A DNA stretch of 63,334 bases, filler included, from Candidatus Lindowbacteria bacterium RIFCSPLOWO2_12_FULL_62_27 (lineage in GTDB: Bacteria > Lindowbacteria > 2-12-FULL-62-27): the NCBI GenBank assembly GCA_001784175.1. It is 4 parts of 4 records of this genome, joined end to end, with 100 filler letters (N's around TTAATTAATTAA, not from the genome) between each part and the next. Parts side by side here need not be neighbours in the genome. Positions count along the whole stretch, not along the records: positions 50,356 to 63,334 come from MFPR01000015.1; 3 more parts are not named here. One strand, 5' to 3'. The translations under genes and the position numbers were made by a program. Below, piece by piece: positions 59,301-63,334 of the stretch (the first letter of the stretch is position 1; the number at the start of each line of letters is the position of its first letter). A model generated the notes under the pieces. That model had not been told where the DNA came from and ran no database searches. It saw only the letters and a program-made list of their open reading frames with translations.

Positions 59301-62300
59301 GCGTTCCCGGCCAGGTGACGGCGTCGACTCCGGCGGACGGGGCGCAGCAAAACAGCGCGGTGACGGTGATCTGGAACGCGGTGACAGGGGATTCAAGCGG
59401 GGTCGACAGTTATGTGGTTGAGGTGTCGAAGAGTTCAGGATTCACGACGACGACCTCGGCGGACACGGTCGACGGTGCGGTGACGTCGCAACTCTTGAGC
59501 GGATTGTACAACGACACATACTTCTGGCGCGTGCGCGCGATCGACGGCGCCGGAAACACGGGCACGAACTCGGCGGTGCGCGGATTCCTGCTGGACACGG
59601 GCGTCCCGGCGCAGGTGACGGCGTCGACTCCGGCGGACGGCAATCAAACAAATTCGAGTGTGACGGTGATCTGGAGCGCGGTGACGGGGGACTCGAGCGG
59701 GATCGACAGTTACGTGGTTGAGGTGTCAAAGAGTTCGGGATTCACATCCACGATCTCGGCGGACACGGTAGACGGGGCGGTGACGTCACAACTCTTGAGC
59801 GGGTTGTACAACGACACATACTTCTGGCGCGTGCGTGCGATCGACGGCGCCGGAAACACGGGGACGAACTCGGCGGCGCGCGGGTTCCTGCTGGACACGA
59901 GCGCTCCGGCGCAGTGGACGTCGTTGAGTCCGGCAGACGGGGCGCAGCAAAACAGCGCGGTGACGGTGATCTGGAATGCGGTGACGGGCGATTCGAGCGG
60001 GATCGATTCATACGTGGTGGAGGTATCAAAGAGTTCGGGGTTCACGTCGACGATCTCGGCGGACACGGTAGACGGCGCGGTGACGTCGCAGCTCTTGAGC
60101 GGGCTCTATAACGACACCTACTACTGGCGCGTTCGCGCGATTGACGCGGCCGGGAACACGGGCACGAACTCGTCGGTGCGCGGATTCCTGCTGGACACAG
60201 GCATTCCGGCGCAGGTGACGGCGTCGAGCCCGGCGGACGGGGCGCAGCAGAGCAGCGCGGTGACGGTGATCTGGAGCGCGGTGACGGGGGATTCGAGCGG
60301 GATCGACAGTTACGTGGTGGAGGTGTCAAAGAGTTCGGGGTTCACGTCGACGATCTCGGCGGACACGGTGGACGGCGCGGTGACGTCACAATTATTGAGC
60401 GGATTGTACAACGACACATACTTCTGGCGCGTCCGTGCGATCGACGGCGCGGGAAACACGGGCACGAACTCGGCGGTCCGCGGATTCTTGCTGGACACGA
60501 GCGTTCCGTCGCAGGTAACGGCGTCGAGTCCGGCGGACGGCAATCAGACAAATTCGAGCGTGACGGTGATCTGGAGCGCGGTGACGGGGGATTCGAGCGG
60601 GATCGACAGTTACGTGGTTGAGGTCTCGAGGAGTTCCGGATTCGCGTCAACGATCTCGGCCGATACGGCGGACGGCACGGTGACGTCACAACTCTTGAGC
60701 GGGTTGTACAACGACACATACTTCTGGCGCGTTCGTGCGATCGACGCGGCGGGGAACGCGGGCGCGAACTCGGCGGTGCGCGGGTTCCTGTTAGACACGA
60801 GCGTCCCGGCGCAGGTAACGGCGTCGAGTCCGGCGGACGGCACGGCGAAAAACAGCGCGGTGACGGTGATCTGGAGCGCAGTGACGGCAGACTCGAGCGG
60901 GGTCGACAGTTACGTGGTGGAGGTGTCGAAAAGTTCAGGATTCTCGTCGACGATCTCGGCCGACACGGTGGACGGCGCGGTCACGTCACAACTACTGAGC
61001 GGCCTCTATAACGACACCTACTACTGGCGCGTTCGTGCGATCGACGGCGCCGGAAACACGGGGACGAACTCGGCGGTGCGCGGCTTCCTGCTGGACACAG
61101 GCGTCCCGGCGCAGGTGACGGCGTCGAGTCCAGCGGACGGCGCGCAGCAAAACAGCGCGGTGACGGTGATCTGGAGCGCTGTGACGGGGGATTCGAGCGG
61201 GATCGACAGTTACGTGGTTGAGGTGTCAAAGAGTTCAGGATTCACATCGACGATCTCCGCGGACACGGTCGACGGCGCGGTGACGTCGCAACTCCTCAGC
61301 GGACTCTATAACGACACATACTACTGGCGCGTTCGTGCGATCGACGGCGCGGGCAACACGGGGACGAACTCCGCGGTGCGCGGCTTTTTGTTCGACACAT
61401 CCGTGGGTCAGGTGACGGCGTCGAGTCCTGCGGACGGGGCGCAACAAAACAGCGCGGTGACGGTGATCTGGAACGCGGCGGCGGGGGATTCAAGCGGGAT
61501 CGACAGTTACGTGGTTGAGGTGTCAAAGAGTTCAGCGTTCACGAGCACGATCTCCGCGGACACGGTGGACGGCGCGGTGACGTCGCAATTATTGAGCGGA
61601 CTCTATAACGACACGTACTTCTGGCGCGTGCGCGCGATCGACGCGGCAGGGAACGCGGGCACGAACTCGGCGGTACGCGGGTTCCTGCTGGACACGAGTG
61701 TCCCGGCGCAGGTGACGGCGTCGACTCCGGCGGATGGCGCGCAGAAAAACAGCGCGGTGACGGTGATCTGGAGCGCGGTGACGGGGGATTCGAGCGGGAT
61801 TGACAGTTACGTGGTCGAGGTGTCAAAGACTTCGGGATTCACGTCGACGATCTCGGCGGACACGGTGGACGGTGCGGTGACGTCGCAGCTCTTGAGCGGG
61901 ATCTATAGCGACACATACTTCTGGCGCGTGCGGGCGATCGACGGCGCGGGAAACACAGGGACGAACTCGGCGGCGCGCGGGTTCCTCCTGGACACGGGCG
62001 TCCCGGCGCAGGTGACGGCGACGAGTCCGGCGGACGGCGCGCAGCAAAACAGCGCGGTGACAGTGATCTGGAGCGCGGTGACGGGGGATTCGAGCGGGAT
62101 CGACAGTTACGTCGTTGAGGTGTCAAAGACTTCGGGATTCACGTCGACGATCTCGGCGGACACCGTGGACGGCGCGGTGACGTCGCAACTCTTGAACGGG
62201 TTATACAACGACACATACTTCTGGCGCATTCGCGCGATCGACGGCGCCGGAAACACGGGGACGAACTCGACAGCGCGCGGATTCCTGCTGGACACGAGCG

Positions 62301-63334
62301 TCCCGGCGCAGGTGACGGCGTCGAGTCCGGCGGACGGGTCGCAGAAGAACAGCGCGGTGACGGTGATCTGGAGCGCGGTGACGGGAGACTCGAGCGGGAT
62401 CGACAGTTATGTGGTTGAGGTATCGAAGAGTTCGGGATTCACCTCGACGATCTCGGCCGACACGGTGGACGGTACGGTGACGTCGCAGCTCTTGAGCGGG
62501 TTGTACAACGACACATACTACTGGCGGGTACGCGCGATCGACGGCGCCGGAAACACGGGCACGAACTCTGCGGTGCGCGGATTCCTGCTGGACACGGGCG
62601 TCCCGGCGCAGGTGACGGCGTCGACTCCGGCGGACGGCAATCAAACAAATTCGAGTGTGACGGTGATCTGGAGCGCGGTGACGGGGGACTCGAGCGGGAT
62701 CGACAGTTACGTGGTGGAGGTCTCGAAGAGTTCGGGATTCACGTCGACGATCTCGGCTGACACGGTGGACGGTGCGGTGACGTCGCAGCTCCTCAGCGGT
62801 CTATACAACGACACCTACTTCTGGCGTGTCCGGGCGATCGACGGCGCCGGAAACGCGGGCACGAACTCTGCGGTGCGCGGATTCCTGCTGGACACGAGCG
62901 TCCCGGCACAGGTGACGGCATCCGGCCCGGCGGACGGCAATCAAACAAATTCGAGTGTGACGGTGATCTGGAGCGCGGTAACGGGGGATTCGAGCGGGAT
63001 CGACAGTTACGTGATGGAGGTCTCGAAGAGTTCGGGATTCACGTCGACGATCTCGGCCGATACGGTGGACGGCGCGGTGACGTCGCAATTATTGAGCGGG
63101 TTGTACAACGACACCTACTTCTGGCGCGTGCGTGCGATCGACGGCGCCGGAAACACGGGCACGAACTCGGCGGTGCGCGGATTCCTGCTGGACACGGGCG
63201 TCCCCGCGCAGGTGACGTCGTCGACTCCGGCGGACGGCGCGCAGAAGAACGGCGCGGTGACGGTGATCTGGAGCGCGGTGACGGGAGACTCGAGCGGGAT
63301 CGACAGTTATGTGGTTGAGGTCTCGAAGAGTTCG
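50358..63334 (+). CDS. Giant surface protein (>4300 aa, both ends truncated; gap at 59280-59293) with NosD/PbH1 beta-helices, FN3-like and Ig-like repeats
   Basis: GIYL..SSNNT..NN repeats; YYYRVTA FN3 motifs; D.DEN.NP repeats; YFWRVRAID repeats continuing to the window end. Confidence 0.88.
58388..63334 (+). repeat. Coding tandem repeat with a ~300-bp (100-aa) unit, at least 16 units
   Basis: The CTGGACACG anchor recurs at ~59591, 59891, 60191, 60491, 60791, 61091, 61391, 61688, 61988, 62288, 62588, 62888 and 63188. Confidence 0.95.

Noticed and set aside
59280-59318. Stop of the giant protein at 59318 (likewise the break at ~20276-20327)
   Set aside because: Frame shifts are caused by N gaps of estimated length, and the repeats continue on both sides.
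1-63334. tRNA or rRNA genes, integron integrase, IS transposase
   Set aside because: None was recognisable by eye; tRNAscan, Rfam and HMM searches would be needed to exclude them fully.

Overview
High-GC bacterial sequence, probably from a metagenome-assembled genome. It consists of four separate contigs joined by artificial N...TTAATTAATTAA...N linkers (8715-8814, 19044-19143, 50256-50355), so adjacency across linkers means nothing. Contig 1 (1-8714) is an accessory patchwork. It holds toxin-antitoxin and small cargo genes (aspartyl protease, DUF4160/DUF2442, a decayed addiction module with half an attC, DUF5647, DUF433/DUF5615), a binding protein plus adenylate cyclase operon and an XRE regulator. 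It is punctuated by co-oriented stubs encoding the fibre motif GNVGIGT, one start-less peptidase S74 C-terminal cassette, and several direct-repeat families. Contig 2 carries the 3' part of glgP, an AbiE-like pair, a porin, and a respiratory cluster (NrfC/NrfD, ImcH-like 7-heme cytochrome, CxxCH porin). It also has a 497-bp cytochrome-operon fragment bracketed by two GGGGTC...GACCCC palindromes. Contig 3 has a large repeat surface protein with a T9SS-like C-terminal domain plus PorV, nrfHA (CxxCH variant), tetrapyrrole genes, pilus-like genes, a small BMC locus, and a complete group II intron inserted inside a palindromic element whose arm recurs in contig 1. Contig 4 is a partial giant surface protein (>4300 aa) with beta-helix domains and 300-bp tandem repeats. 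The best candidates for novel biology are the GNVGIGT-delimited cassette array, the palindrome-bracketed gene capture, and the palindrome-targeting intron. All family calls come from motif recognition by eye, not from database searches.
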